Origin: an uncultured bacterium
GTDB taxonomy: Bacteria; Verrucomicrobiota; Verrucomicrobiia; Verrucomicrobiales; DEV007
Assembly: GCA_963977015.1 (NCBI GenBank)
Contig: CAXBMO010000009.1
Coordinates: 32,001-96,000 of the forward strand
Direction of reading: 5' to 3'
Length of the DNA stretch: 64,000 nt
The translations under genes and the position numbers were made by a program. How positions within the stretch are numbered: position 1 is the first letter of the stretch; every line of letters begins with the position of its first letter. Positions 46,170 through 56,275 of this stretch are shown one piece after another. The notes under the pieces are model-generated. The model was not told the DNA's origin, searched no databases, and was given only the letters and a program-made list of their open reading frames with translations.

Positions 46170-49025
46170 TTAGTAGAGGAAGATGAATTCGTTGCTGTTG
46201 AAGAGAAGGAGACAGAGGTCGGCAAGGGCCCGGGTTTCGGGGCTGACGTCGGCGGCCTGTTGGTCGGGCTCGTAGTTCTCAAACACCGGGAGGATTTCCT
46301 GGTATTCGAAGGGTTCCCCGGTGAACTCCTCGACCAGCGAGCGGGTGATTTGCGTAGGGTAGTCTTTCGGCTCCGGATGGGTATTCTTGTGGTATTCCTG
46401 CATTTGCCGAACGTAGGAAACCAGCTTGTTGTGCTCCGCCGAGGGTGGCGTTCTGCCGAAGGCCAACTCGATAGCCCGATTCACCTGTTCCTCCAACGTC
46501 GTTGCTTCCCGTTCGACCCGGAGAGCAAACGCGATGGAGCGCGCGGTCGTGACGTCGCTGTTCAACAAGGTGAACGCCTGAGGAGAAACGGAGGCGGAAT
46601 CCCGGTCCTCACAGGAATCGTTGGGGTTGGGCTGATTAAAGGTCTCCAGAAACGGATTGGCCAACCCACGAACACGATACGCGTAGATACTGCGCCGGTT
46701 CCGCTCTTCCGGGGTTGGTGAAGGTTGATAGGCGGGAGCGAGCGAAAACTGAATCATGCGCGGTTGAAGGGCCACTTCCAGATTCATCTCCGGCATCGCC
46801 GGCAACCCGCCCGGCTTGGGGTTGAGTTCTCCGGTGATCTTCAGCATGCCGTCGCGAATCTCTTCGGCAGAGAGGCGTCGTGAAGGGAAATAGGCAAAGA
46901 GATCGTTGTTGGGGTCGGCGTTGCTGAGTTCCTCCAGATTCGAGTGATGACCGGCCTGCTGATACGCGGTTGACGTCATGATGAGGCGATGGAGGCGCTT
47001 GATCTTCCAACCGTTTTCGACAAAATCAGCCGCGAGCCAATCCAGCAATTCCGGATGGGTCGGCTTGGCGCCTTTCACCCCGAAGTTGTTCGGGTTCCCC
47101 GCAATCGCCTTCCCAAAGTGATATTGCCAAACGCGGTTGACGAAGGAACGCGAAGTCAGCGGATTTCGCGAATCGGCAATCCACTTGGCAACGGCGAGGC
47201 GCCGTCCCTCAAGCTCGTCCGTCACCTGGAAGGGATCCTCAGACGCCTCCTGAACCGGGACGCCAAGCGCGCTCAACACTCCGGGCGTCACCTTCTCCCC
47301 CGGAGCTTCCAACGCCCCACCGGTCAGGATGTGGCTATCGGGCCGCCATTTGTTGTTCGCCCGCGCATCCATCCGCAACTTGCGCGCATTGAGAAACTTG
47401 GGATCCGGTCCATTGTAAACCGTCTGCACCATCGGTTGATAGCGCTCAAGGCGGCGCGTCCAAATCCAGACGTCCTGCTCTCGCACCTTGAGTTTCCCCT
47501 GCTCTTCCGGGCTCAACCCGACATGACGGGGCGGCTTGGTTTCATCGGGAAGATTCTTCCGCTTGTCGTGGCTCACATACTCCAGTCCCCGTTCCTCATA
47601 CCAGGCCCGCGCCGCGTTCTCACGTTTGGTGGTCAGTTCATTCAAGCGCCCTTTCGCGAACGCCAACAAATGCCTGGTCATCTCAAGACCGTCCTCAAAT
47701 CCCTCCAGCGTCTCTTCATCGACGAACGGAGCCGGACGTTCCGAAAGCTGAGTGCCGGCAAAGGCTGAATACATGCGATAGTAATCGCGCGTCGGCAGCG
47801 GATCGAACTTGTGGTCGTGGCACTTGAAACACCGCATCGTGGTTGAGAGAAAAGTCTGCCCCACGGCATTCACCACATCGTCCAGATAGAGCTGCCGGGC
47901 TTCCGGCTGTTTCACCATCGCCGGATCCCAAGGCCCCATTCGCAAAAACGAACTCGCGATCAACCACTCGCTCTCCTCATCGTTGTATTCTCCCTTGGTT
48001 CGGGCTTTCTGATACTGGTTCCAATCCTTGATTCGACCGCGCAACGACGCATCGGCCAACTCGTCACCGGCAATCTGCTCAATCACAAATTCATCGTAGG
48101 ATTTGTCCTCGTTCAATGCGCGGATGACATAGTCCCGATAGCGCCAGGCGTTCGATCGCTCGTAGTCGTTGGAATAACCACCAGTGTCAGCATAGCGCGC
48201 CACGTCCAACCAGTGTTGCGCCCAGCGTTCGCCATAGTGCGGACTCGCGAGGAGGCGATCGATCAGTTCACTCCAGGCTTGATCCGGGTTCTTCGCAAAC
48301 GCATCGCCAAACTGTTGAATCTCCTCGGGCGACGGCGGCAGCCCGGTGAGATCGAATGTCGCCCGCCGAATCAGCGTTCGAAAATCAGCCCGTTCGGCTG
48401 GCCGGAAACCCGCTTGATCCAACGTTTCACCGATCAAGACATCGATCGGGTTTCGCCCGTTCGATTGCGGGACCGCAGGCTTCTCAACCGCTTGAAAGGC
48501 CCAGATATCTTCCGGTTGATACCGGCGATAGGTCCACTCATCGCCCAGTCCGCCGGAGGTCGAAACAATCACGCCGTCTTCGGTCACTTCCTGGCGCGAG
48601 TCCGCCAGAATCACGGCGGTTTGGGTCTCTTCGCTCGGCCAGGGCGCGCCAGCGTTGATCCAGGTTTCGACCATCGCGATTTGTTCGCTGGTTAGTCGAT
48701 CGTTCTCTTTGGGGGGCATCTCGTATTCCGGATCCTCCCACTTGATCATTTCAACCAGGAGACTTTTTTGTGCATCACCTGGGACGACGACTTCGGCCCC
48801 AAACGTCTCGCCCCCCGCCAGAAGCAGGTCGCGGCTCAACATACTATATTCGCCCTTGATATCGTCCGGGTCATCACCATGACAGCCATTGCATTTCTCG
48901 GCCAGCAACGGTTTGATCTTCAGGGTAAACAGTTGGTCGATTTCGCTGAACTTCGAAGATTCAGCCTGGGCCGACAGCGCGACCATCGCAAAAACGGAAA
49001 CAAAATAGTGGGGTTTCATCATCAT
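46170..49025 (-). CDS. Planctomycete cytochrome c plus DUF1549/DUF1553 (PSD1) protein
   Basis: CNGCHG, DLTGLPPS, YGERWAQHWLDVARYADT, CFKCHDHKFDP, PTHPELLDWLA. Confidence 0.95.
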   Translation of the reverse strand: MMMKPHYFVSVFAMVALSAQAESSKFSEIDQLFTLKIKPLLAEKCNGCHGDDPDDIKGEYSMLSRDLLLAGGETFGAEVVVPGDAQKSLLVEMIKWEDPEYEMPPKENDRLTSEQIAMVETWINAGAPWPSEETQTAVILADSRQEVTEDGVIVSTSGGLGDEWTYRRYQPEDIWAFQAVEKPAVPQSNGRNPIDVLIGETLDQAGFRPAERADFRTLIRRATFDLTGLPPSPEEIQQFGDAFAKNPDQAWSELIDRLLASPHYGERWAQHWLDVARYADTGGYSNDYERSNAWRYRDYVIRALNEDKSYDEFVIEQIAGDELADASLRGRIKDWNQYQKARTKGEYNDEESEWLIASSFLRMGPWDPAMVKQPEARQLYLDDVVNAVGQTFLSTTMRCFKCHDHKFDPLPTRDYYRMYSAFAGTQLSERPAPFVDEETLEGFEDGLEMTRHLLAFAKGRLNELTTKRENAARAWYEERGLEYVSHDKRKNLPDETKPPRHVGLSPEEQGKLKVREQDVWIWTRRLERYQPMVQTVYNGPDPKFLNARKLRMDARANNKWRPDSHILTGGALEAPGEKVTPGVLSALGVPVQEASEDPFQVTDELEGRRLAVAKWIADSRNPLTSRSFVNRVWQYHFGKAIAGNPNNFGVKGAKPTHPELLDWLAADFVENGWKIKRLHRLIMTSTAYQQAGHHSNLEELSNADPNNDLFAYFPSRRLSAEEIRDGMLKITGELNPKPGGLPAMPEMNLEVALQPRMIQFSLAPAYQPSPTPEERNRRSIYAYRVRGLANPFLETFNQPNPNDSCEDRDSASVSPQAFTLLNSDVTTARSIAFALRVEREATTLEEQVNRAIELAFGRTPPSAEHNKLVSYVRQMQEYHKNTHPEPKDYPTQITRSLVEEFTGEPFEYQEILPVFENYEPDQQAADVSPETRALADLCLLLFNSNEFIFLY

Positions 49026-49027
49026 AG

Positions 49028-50593
49028 TCAGGGTCTGCCTTTGAGATACAGTTCGTTGATTTCTTCGGCGGTCAGCGCCTCCGCGAATATCGCGAATTCA
49101 TCAATGGCTCCATTCAGGTTGCGAACCGCAAAGTGGGGATCCTGCCGCATGGGTTCACTCCAGTTGCCGATCGAAGCGGCTCCGATTCTCACCTTTTTGA
49201 CGACCAACTCTTTGGGAAGCTTGTCCCGGCTAATCTGCTCACCATTGAGGTAATGGGTCGTCGTCCCGGCATCGCCATCATAGACCGTCGCAATCTGCAT
49301 CCATTGGCCGCTCAAGGCCGGCGTCCAAATCGGAGGAGAATAGGCGATGTGCTTGTCTTTGCGTCCCTTGCCCCCTTCCTGTTTTTTAACGGAGAAGAAA
49401 AGCCGCCCGTCATCCATGATCTGCCAGTGCGGCTCCTGCAACTCATGTCCGTCCGTCAAAAAGAGCGAGTTGTACCAACGGTCGAGGCTGTCAATCCGCG
49501 CCCAGCAATAGAACGTCAACGCACCATGCTCACCAGGAACGGTCAATCGAACCCGGCTTCCGGTCGGGCTGAAATCCAGCGCCGTGTTGGGAGCTTCCCA
49601 ACGGCTTTCAGAGGTTTTCGCCCTCACAATCACCCCATCATTCTGTGAAGCGGATTTGTCGGCAAGCTTCCGCGACGTCTCCTGACCGGGCTCCACCGTG
49701 AAATAGGCCAGCAATCGGGAATCGCGCTGCAATTCCTTGCGATGCTGCTCCCATCGCTCGCGGCGCAACCCTCGTTCCGTCTGCATTTCGGTAATCCCCG
49801 GAAAATTCGCCAACTCCACCGCGGCCTCATCGCGCTCTCCACTCGCCGTCCAACGCAACGAATCACCATCGATGAGATGACTGACTGAATCGGCGTTCGA
49901 ATGCCATTCGATTTCACCATCGAGAACGTGCACATCCGCATGCTGCGGCGTCACGTCGATCGCAAATTCAGTTCCCAGGTCAACAACGTCTCCCTTGCTG
50001 GTTTTGACGCGAAAGCCCTTGGCCGGCTCTGGAACGATGGCCCGCAACTTGCCGGAATTAACCGACATCTCCATCGCGGAATGAACCTCAAACTCAGCAT
50101 CCCCTTCAAGAATCACCGTCACACCGCTGAACAACTCCAACTGCGCCATCCCCGATTTCAGCTTCACGATTCCCTGGGGAAGGAGATCCCCGCGTCGCAA
50201 CTTCTGATCTTCCCAAACCGCATCGGATTGCTCTGCCAAGACGCCAAACCCGATTGCCGCTGGCTCTTGGGCAACCACTTCACCCGCGTGACCACCGCGA
50301 CCAAGCTGCCAGCCCAATCCGCCGGCGACCCAAATCAAAATCGCCGCAGCAATCCCCGCAATCCAGGGGAGTTGCCTTCGGAAATTGACGAACCGAATGA
50401 TGCTCGACTCAGGAACCGGGTTTTGATCGACACTTTCGAGCTGCAACGCCGTGTGCAATTTCAGCCGCTCGTAATAGAGCTTGCGAGCCTCGGGGTTCAC
50501 ATGCAATTCCGCCTCCAACCTGAGAAAGTCGGCTTCGGAGCAAACCCCATCGAGCAGCTCGTCGATCAATTGAATCAATTCCGCCGTGCTCAT
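49028..50593 (-). CDS. FecR-domain anti-sigma factor with C-terminal LamG-like domain
   Basis: TM segment, L.SG...L....GV.V.LEG.AEF, VVDLGTEF, G.IDEFAIF..AL...EI; start ATG 50593. Confidence 0.92.
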   Translation of the reverse strand: MSTAELIQLIDELLDGVCSEADFLRLEAELHVNPEARKLYYERLKLHTALQLESVDQNPVPESSIIRFVNFRRQLPWIAGIAAAILIWVAGGLGWQLGRGGHAGEVVAQEPAAIGFGVLAEQSDAVWEDQKLRRGDLLPQGIVKLKSGMAQLELFSGVTVILEGDAEFEVHSAMEMSVNSGKLRAIVPEPAKGFRVKTSKGDVVDLGTEFAIDVTPQHADVHVLDGEIEWHSNADSVSHLIDGDSLRWTASGERDEAAVELANFPGITEMQTERGLRRERWEQHRKELQRDSRLLAYFTVEPGQETSRKLADKSASQNDGVIVRAKTSESRWEAPNTALDFSPTGSRVRLTVPGEHGALTFYCWARIDSLDRWYNSLFLTDGHELQEPHWQIMDDGRLFFSVKKQEGGKGRKDKHIAYSPPIWTPALSGQWMQIATVYDGDAGTTTHYLNGEQISRDKLPKELVVKKVRIGAASIGNWSEPMRQDPHFAVRNLNGAIDEFAIFAEALTAEEINELYLKGRP

Positions 50594-51132
50594 GCTCCGA
50601 TCCTCCTCACTTGAAGTTTTTGCTCGATGCACGTTTGCAGCCGGTTTCGAAGCCGGTGCAGGGTCACCTTCAGCCCGCCAACACTTCTTCCAATCTCGTT
50701 CGCATATTCCTGGAGCGGCGTGTCTTTGAAGTAGCGCGTTAAAATCAACTCCCGCTCACCGGATTTCAATCCCTCCAGGCAACCCCGCAGCGCCAATTGG
50801 CGTTCGGCAAGATCATCCGCCTGCGCGGGCAACTCTTCCGCGATCATGTCTTCCAGTTCTTCGCTGAACACCAGCCGACGAGCGTCTTTGGCCTGACGTT
50901 TCCGAAAGTTGAGCACTTCGAATCGTGCGATGCTGAAAATCCACGCTTTGAAATTCGTCCCGAGTTCAAAATCGGCGCGCTTTCGCCAAATCGTCGAATT
51001 GGCCTGCTGCGCGACATCCGCTGCGGCGGTATCTCCCGGCAAAAGCGAAACCACGTAGAGCCTTAGCGCCGCCTGATGCTCGGTCAGCAAGGCCACAAAC
51101 TCGGAATCTTGGTCTGTCTCGGGATTTTCCAT
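50590..51132 (-). CDS. ECF RNA polymerase sigma-70 factor
   Basis: DVAQQ....IWRK..F..GTNFKAW...IARF, L.GCL..L, LHRLR..L..CI; start ATG 51132. Confidence 0.95.
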   Translation of the reverse strand: MENPETDQDSEFVALLTEHQAALRLYVVSLLPGDTAAADVAQQANSTIWRKRADFELGTNFKAWIFSIARFEVLNFRKRQAKDARRLVFSEELEDMIAEELPAQADDLAERQLALRGCLEGLKSGERELILTRYFKDTPLQEYANEIGRSVGGLKVTLHRLRNRLQTCIEQKLQVRRIGA

Positions 51133-51225
51133 CAGTAAACTCAACCGCAAATGCCGGTTTCGAGTCAAAGGTTAACAAGATTCTGGAAAAAGATCTCCGA
51201 GCCGGTTTCGGCTTTTGAAACGCAC

Positions 51226-52533
51226 CTACAGGCGACCGCTGCGCTTCACTTCAAGATAGGCGTTGGTCAGCGCGATGGGCAATTCCTCGGCCACGGCATC
51301 AATCGTCACGATTCCGTGACCGTGCAGTTCCTCGAAGACGTTGCGGCGTTCCTCCAGGTAATGATGCGTCGAGCCAAAGAGCAGAGCATCGTCCAACTTT
51401 CGAATCGGGGCCGAAATACAATCCTGAACGGATTTCTCCCGCAGACTCGCCAGCATCACGAGGTGGCGCTGATGGAGAGCCTGGAGTGACGGAATCACAT
51501 CGCTGGCGTCTTCGCTGCGCAAATTGGTGAGGACGACGACCAGGGCGCGACGACGCTGATAGGTCATCAATCGCTCCACGGCTTCGCCGAAATCCGACGG
51601 TTCACGACTGGTTTGATAGTCGTAGAGGTGATTGAGGATTTCGGTCATTCCGTGTTGCCCCTTGATCGGAGGAAGCCAGCGATTGGTGCCTCCAAAGCTC
51701 AACACTCCCATTTTGTCGCCCTGGCGCAAGGCAATGAAGGCCATCAGCAAGGTGGCGTTCAGGCAGTGATCGAATTGGGGAAGGTCGCCATCCACCGCTC
51801 GCATCCGGCGACCGGAATCGATCATCACAATGAGGTTCTGATCGCGCTGTTCCCGGTATTGGCGGCTGATCAGTTCCCGGCGCCTCGCGGTGGCTTTCCA
51901 ATCGATCTGGTTCAACACGTCGCCATCCTGATAGTCGCGAAGCTGATGAAACTCGCGACTCATCCCCTGACGATTGCGATACTTGATGCCCGTCTTCGTC
52001 TCCATGTGTTCCAACGCGAGCAGGCTGTATTCGATGATCGGCTCGTAATTGGGGTAAACCCGGATCACCTCAGGATGCGCAGCATGAGAGGACAAATTCC
52101 ACAGGCGAAGTGGAGACGCTCTCAAGAGATGAGCCTCGCCAAATTCGAGCTGACCACGTTTGAGGGGTTTCACCGAGTAGCTCACCCGCAAATATCCCCG
52201 CCGGGGAATCGCGCCTTTCCACGGCATTTGATCGGTTTCGACATCAGCCGGAATTCCGTCAAAAATGCTAACGCGCGCCTTGGTGAAACCATTATTCGTG
52301 ATCGTCAACTCGATGTCCTGCGCCACGCCGAGCGCAAATCTGGAGGGAACGCTGCGGCTCACCTTCAGCGAGCGCTTGGTCGCCAGGGTGAGCATATCCA
52401 GGAGCGAAAGCAGCCCGACCCCCGCCCCCCCGTAAAGCCAGTAAGGCTCGATGATGGGCACAAACGAAGCGACAAGGCCGGTTAGACCCCAAATCAAAAT
52501 CAGTGTGAGCAAACCGGCGGTAGGTCTCATCAA
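51226..52533 (-). CDS. DUF58 domain protein with N-terminal TM segments
   Basis: VYPN, EFHQLRDY..GD...IDWKATAR, IDSGRRM. Confidence 0.93.
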   Translation of the reverse strand: MMRPTAGLLTLILIWGLTGLVASFVPIIEPYWLYGGAGVGLLSLLDMLTLATKRSLKVSRSVPSRFALGVAQDIELTITNNGFTKARVSIFDGIPADVETDQMPWKGAIPRRGYLRVSYSVKPLKRGQLEFGEAHLLRASPLRLWNLSSHAAHPEVIRVYPNYEPIIEYSLLALEHMETKTGIKYRNRQGMSREFHQLRDYQDGDVLNQIDWKATARRRELISRQYREQRDQNLIVMIDSGRRMRAVDGDLPQFDHCLNATLLMAFIALRQGDKMGVLSFGGTNRWLPPIKGQHGMTEILNHLYDYQTSREPSDFGEAVERLMTYQRRRALVVVLTNLRSEDASDVIPSLQALHQRHLVMLASLREKSVQDCISAPIRKLDDALLFGSTHHYLEERRNVFEELHGHGIVTIDAVAEELPIALTNAYLEVKRSGRL

Positions 52534-52551
52534 CGCGTCAACATCAGAAGC

Positions 52552-53628
52552 CTACTCTCTTGGTGGCGGAACGGTTTCTCCAATTTGCCCCAGCACGTGA
52601 TCGATGGTCTGGCCGCTGATGACCATCTCCGGCGAAAGCGCAACCCGATGTCGCAAGACCGGGAGAACCGCCTGCTTCACATCGTGCGGGGTAATGAATT
52701 CCCGTCCATCCATCACCGCATACGCTTTGGCGATTCGGACCAGTCCGATGGCGCCACGCGTTCCGGCACCAAGACCGACTCCCTGCGCCGTCCGCGTTGC
52801 CCGCGCGATATTCAGGGCATAACTGACCACCTCATCCACGGCCTTGACGCTGGCGACGTCATTCTGCGCTCGAATCAGATCCTCCTTCCCACAAACCTGA
52901 TCCACTTCCTCGGGACGAAGGCCTCGCCCGGACGCGCCACTCGCAGACGCCGAGACAATCTGATGTTCGTTCTCGAGGCTCGGATAGTCGATCAGCACCT
53001 TCATGAGAAATCGGTCGAGCTGCGCCTCGGGCAAGGGATAGGTTCCTTCCTGCTCGATTGGGTTCTGCGTCGCAATCGCCATGAACGGAGGATCAAGAAC
53101 GAAGCTTTGGCCGTCGATCGTCACCTGTGCCTCCTGCATCACCTCGAGCAGGGCGGATTGGGTCTTGGCGGGCGCGCGGTTGATCTCGTCCGCAAGGAGC
53201 AGGTTGGCGAAAACCGGCCCTTTCCGAACGGTAAACTCCTGCGCGTTCATGTCGTACAGGGTGTGTCCGGTGACGTCGCTCGGCATCAAATCCGGGGTGA
53301 ACTGAATTCGGCCAAAACTGCCGCCAAAGGTATGGGCCATCGCAACGACGAGATGGGTTTTCCCCAGCCCGGGCTTTCCTTCCAGAAGAACGTGACCGCC
53401 GGAAATCAGACACGCCAAAACCTGACGAACCACTTCATCCTGGCCGAGAAAGACGCGGCGAACCTGAGTTCGAATTCGCTCCAAGAGCGCTGCGGTTTCG
53501 CCAAAAGGATGGGCAGTTGCCACGGGCACGGCGGACACGGCTGGAACCGAAACCGGTGCCTGAGGAATCGCTGGGGGCGGCGGTGGTGGGCTTGGACTCA
53601 GAGGAGTTGTTGGATCAATGTCACTCAT
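52552..53628 (-). CDS. MoxR family AAA+ ATPase
   Basis: GKPGLGKT, IQFTPDLMPSD, LADEINRAPAKTQ, YPLPEAQLDRF. Confidence 0.96.
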   Translation of the reverse strand: MSDIDPTTPLSPSPPPPPPAIPQAPVSVPAVSAVPVATAHPFGETAALLERIRTQVRRVFLGQDEVVRQVLACLISGGHVLLEGKPGLGKTHLVVAMAHTFGGSFGRIQFTPDLMPSDVTGHTLYDMNAQEFTVRKGPVFANLLLADEINRAPAKTQSALLEVMQEAQVTIDGQSFVLDPPFMAIATQNPIEQEGTYPLPEAQLDRFLMKVLIDYPSLENEHQIVSASASGASGRGLRPEEVDQVCGKEDLIRAQNDVASVKAVDEVVSYALNIARATRTAQGVGLGAGTRGAIGLVRIAKAYAVMDGREFITPHDVKQAVLPVLRHRVALSPEMVISGQTIDHVLGQIGETVPPPRE

Positions 53629-54818
53629 TGGGAAAGGTCAATTTTTTGGAGGTCGCGAAGGAGTTCTTTGAGGCGGTCGGATTTTCTGACGGTCTCCGTC
53701 TGCATGGCCTTGCGCACCTTCTCTACCGGCAGACCGCTCGAATCCGCGAGGCTCACGAGCATGTCTTCGACATCGGCTTCACCGAAGGTCAGCGCTTTCT
53801 GCTGGTAACGACGCTGAATGCGCCGCCGGATTGGTCCCAGCAGCGGGCTCACACAATGATGCTTCCACAAGAATCCGCCGCTCATGGCGAGGTGCGACGT
53901 GAACTCGCGGGGCGCGGGTTCCGGACTGGGAAGTTTGGGGCCAAAACGGGGAACGCTTCGCCACAGCCAGAAAATCACGAACACCAGCAAACTGAGAAGC
54001 GGCATCCAACCATACTTCCACAGCAGCGCCCAAAACGAGGTGCGCGCGCTTCGCAGCAGCCAAACCGCGGCTGCGCCCGGTTGCAGAGTCACGATTTTCC
54101 AAAGGAACTCCGCGTGGTCGTTGTCACCGACATTCCGGTTCTGCCAGGGATAGGCGTCCGCCAGCAGGGTCAGGCGTCCCGCGCCGTAGGGATAACTGGC
54201 AAAGGAAAACCCGCCTTTGCCGCCACTCTTGATCACATCGCCCTGCAACATCCATTCCGGCTCGATCTGAAATCCCACTCCTTTTGGCACGCTCACTTCC
54301 AGCCTTTCGCCATTGACACGAATCGCTTTTGTCGACCGTCTCCGCTCCTTGACCTCGATACTCAGCCAATCCAGCAACGGTTCTTCGCTGTCCTCAAGCT
54401 CTTCCGCTTCGCTGGATTCCGCCTCCGTTTCGTCGTCGGATTCGATTCCGGCATTCCAGGCTCCCAGAAAATCGTTCCGATCCCGGTGAATGTAAATGAG
54501 GTGCCCACCTTGCTCAGCCCACTCCAGGACTCGCCAGGCTTGATTGGAACTTTCAATCGCCGTTTTGGGAACCACCATCACCACATCAAAATTCGGCAGT
54601 TCGACCAGGCTGAATTGGCGGCTCGCATCGAGTCCCATCCGGGTGAGGAACCGTTCGGCGGCGAGAAACGGGTTCACCCGAGCCTCACCGCGGTAGCCGA
54701 GTTCGACTTCCTCCTTCACCATGTCTTCCCGGCACCCCAGGCTTGAAAGCACCAAAACTCCGACGGCCGCGAACCGCGACCACCGAACCCATACCCTCGT
54801 TTTCACGCCCCTCTTCAC
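53625..54818 (-). CDS. DUF4350-like membrane protein or lipoprotein
   Basis: G..GEAR.NPFLAAERFL, W...GGHLI, G.G.LTL, RFGP; position in the RDD-SpoIIM-MoxR operon. Confidence 0.8.
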   Translation of the reverse strand: MKRGVKTRVWVRWSRFAAVGVLVLSSLGCREDMVKEEVELGYRGEARVNPFLAAERFLTRMGLDASRQFSLVELPNFDVVMVVPKTAIESSNQAWRVLEWAEQGGHLIYIHRDRNDFLGAWNAGIESDDETEAESSEAEELEDSEEPLLDWLSIEVKERRRSTKAIRVNGERLEVSVPKGVGFQIEPEWMLQGDVIKSGGKGGFSFASYPYGAGRLTLLADAYPWQNRNVGDNDHAEFLWKIVTLQPGAAAVWLLRSARTSFWALLWKYGWMPLLSLLVFVIFWLWRSVPRFGPKLPSPEPAPREFTSHLAMSGGFLWKHHCVSPLLGPIRRRIQRRYQQKALTFGEADVEDMLVSLADSSGLPVEKVRKAMQTETVRKSDRLKELLRDLQKIDLSQ

Positions 54819-56275
54819 CGCGCCTTTCGTGGGTTAAAGTCAAAGGGCCAATTTTCGAAAAGATCGCCAATCTCGGGGCTCGAAGGCTCCTTGTTGCCGT
54901 AGGCGATCCCCACCCAGATTCGCGTCAATCTGGCAAAATAACCGGCCTGCTTATCCTGGATTCCAGCACGACTCCGCTCCAAACACTCATGCTCGGTGTC
55001 GCTCTCCAAAATCGGGACATTTGCCTGGTTAATCATCCAACTGATCGCTCCGCGATACAGCATGCTGATCGAGCCCTGGCGGTCACCAGCTTCCCAGAGT
55101 TTGCGCGCCTTGCCCGCGATATCGCGCGGCAAAGACTCCCGCTGCACATTCATGCCCATGACGACTTTGGCCTTGGGCATTTCGGGAACCTCCACCGTTC
55201 TCATTCCCGACCGGGCGAGCCGAATCAACAAGATGAGAATAAAAACGACGCCGACCGCAATCAACGCGATTCGAATCAACTCCGCCAACCCGGCACCTCC
55301 GCTCCACATCCACCCGAGATCGAGCCAGCTCGGGCCCTGATCCGGACGTCCTTCCGGATTGTGCCGCCAACGGGTTTCGGTGCGGATTTCAAAGTCGTCG
55401 TGCTCAAGAACCGCCGTGATCACTTCCTTGGGATCGGACGACGGAGCCGCGTTGTCCTGCGCGAGCAACCCACTGATACCAACCAACCAAACCAGCACCA
55501 GGACCGTGAGAGCGTTCTGCAATCTGGCGCTCAGTCGCCGAAACGCGATCTCGACATCCCAGCCTTCAATCTCGGTTCGCGTGTTGAGGTAAAGCCCAAA
55601 TCCACCTCCCACATAAAAGGGAGTCATCAAGGTGAGCGCGGTGAGATAGAGACCGATCCAGGTCCAGATGAAGAAGAGCGGCGCACCTTGAATCGTCTCG
55701 ACAATTCCGCCACTTTCGAACAGATCAGGATGCGGCTGATACTGCGGCGGAACCATGAAGTAGATCAAAACCATGATTCCCAGCCATATGGAATGGAGAA
55801 AGATTAGGCACACGATCTGCATTGCGAAGGCGGTGCCCCCCGCCCGCTGCGAGAGAACGCCTGCCCGCTCAAAAAACTTTCGCCCACGAAGCCCTTCCAA
55901 CTGGGAGACGGACATCACCAAGGTTCGCTGCGCGGTAAATCGGCGAATGAAGAGGTCCATGAACAGGTCCCGGAAAAAGAGTCGAAATCCGTTCTTCAGA
56001 AAATCCCGGGTTCGCGGCGGGTTGCCAAAGAGCGATTGGCTCAGCACAAACAGCGGAACCCGCTCGTAAATCGGCTTCAGCCACCAGATCAACACGATCG
56101 CGACATCGAGCCGGTTGTGAAAGACTCCGAGAATCACCACCCAAACCGGAATGACGGACAGCAGCCAGAAGCGTTGAATCACTCCGTAATGGCGACGGGC
56201 CAACGCCCATCCCAGATCGACCGCCTCCCAATCGCTACGCGGCCGAATCACGGCGGTTAACTTCTCAAGCTCCAC
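54815..56275 (-). CDS. DUF4129-containing membrane protein
   Basis: RPR..WEA.DLG, WWLKP, GF.LYLN.R...EGWD.E, S.TE.ECL...W...AYG. Confidence 0.85.
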   Translation of the reverse strand: MELEKLTAVIRPRSDWEAVDLGWALARRHYGVIQRFWLLSVIPVWVVILGVFHNRLDVAIVLIWWLKPIYERVPLFVLSQSLFGNPPRTRDFLKNGFRLFFRDLFMDLFIRRFTAQRTLVMSVSQLEGLRGRKFFERAGVLSQRAGGTAFAMQIVCLIFLHSIWLGIMVLIYFMVPPQYQPHPDLFESGGIVETIQGAPLFFIWTWIGLYLTALTLMTPFYVGGGFGLYLNTRTEIEGWDVEIAFRRLSARLQNALTVLVLVWLVGISGLLAQDNAAPSSDPKEVITAVLEHDDFEIRTETRWRHNPEGRPDQGPSWLDLGWMWSGGAGLAELIRIALIAVGVVFILILLIRLARSGMRTVEVPEMPKAKVVMGMNVQRESLPRDIAGKARKLWEAGDRQGSISMLYRGAISWMINQANVPILESDTEHECLERSRAGIQDKQAGYFARLTRIWVGIAYGNKEPSSPEIGDLFENWPFDFNPRKAR

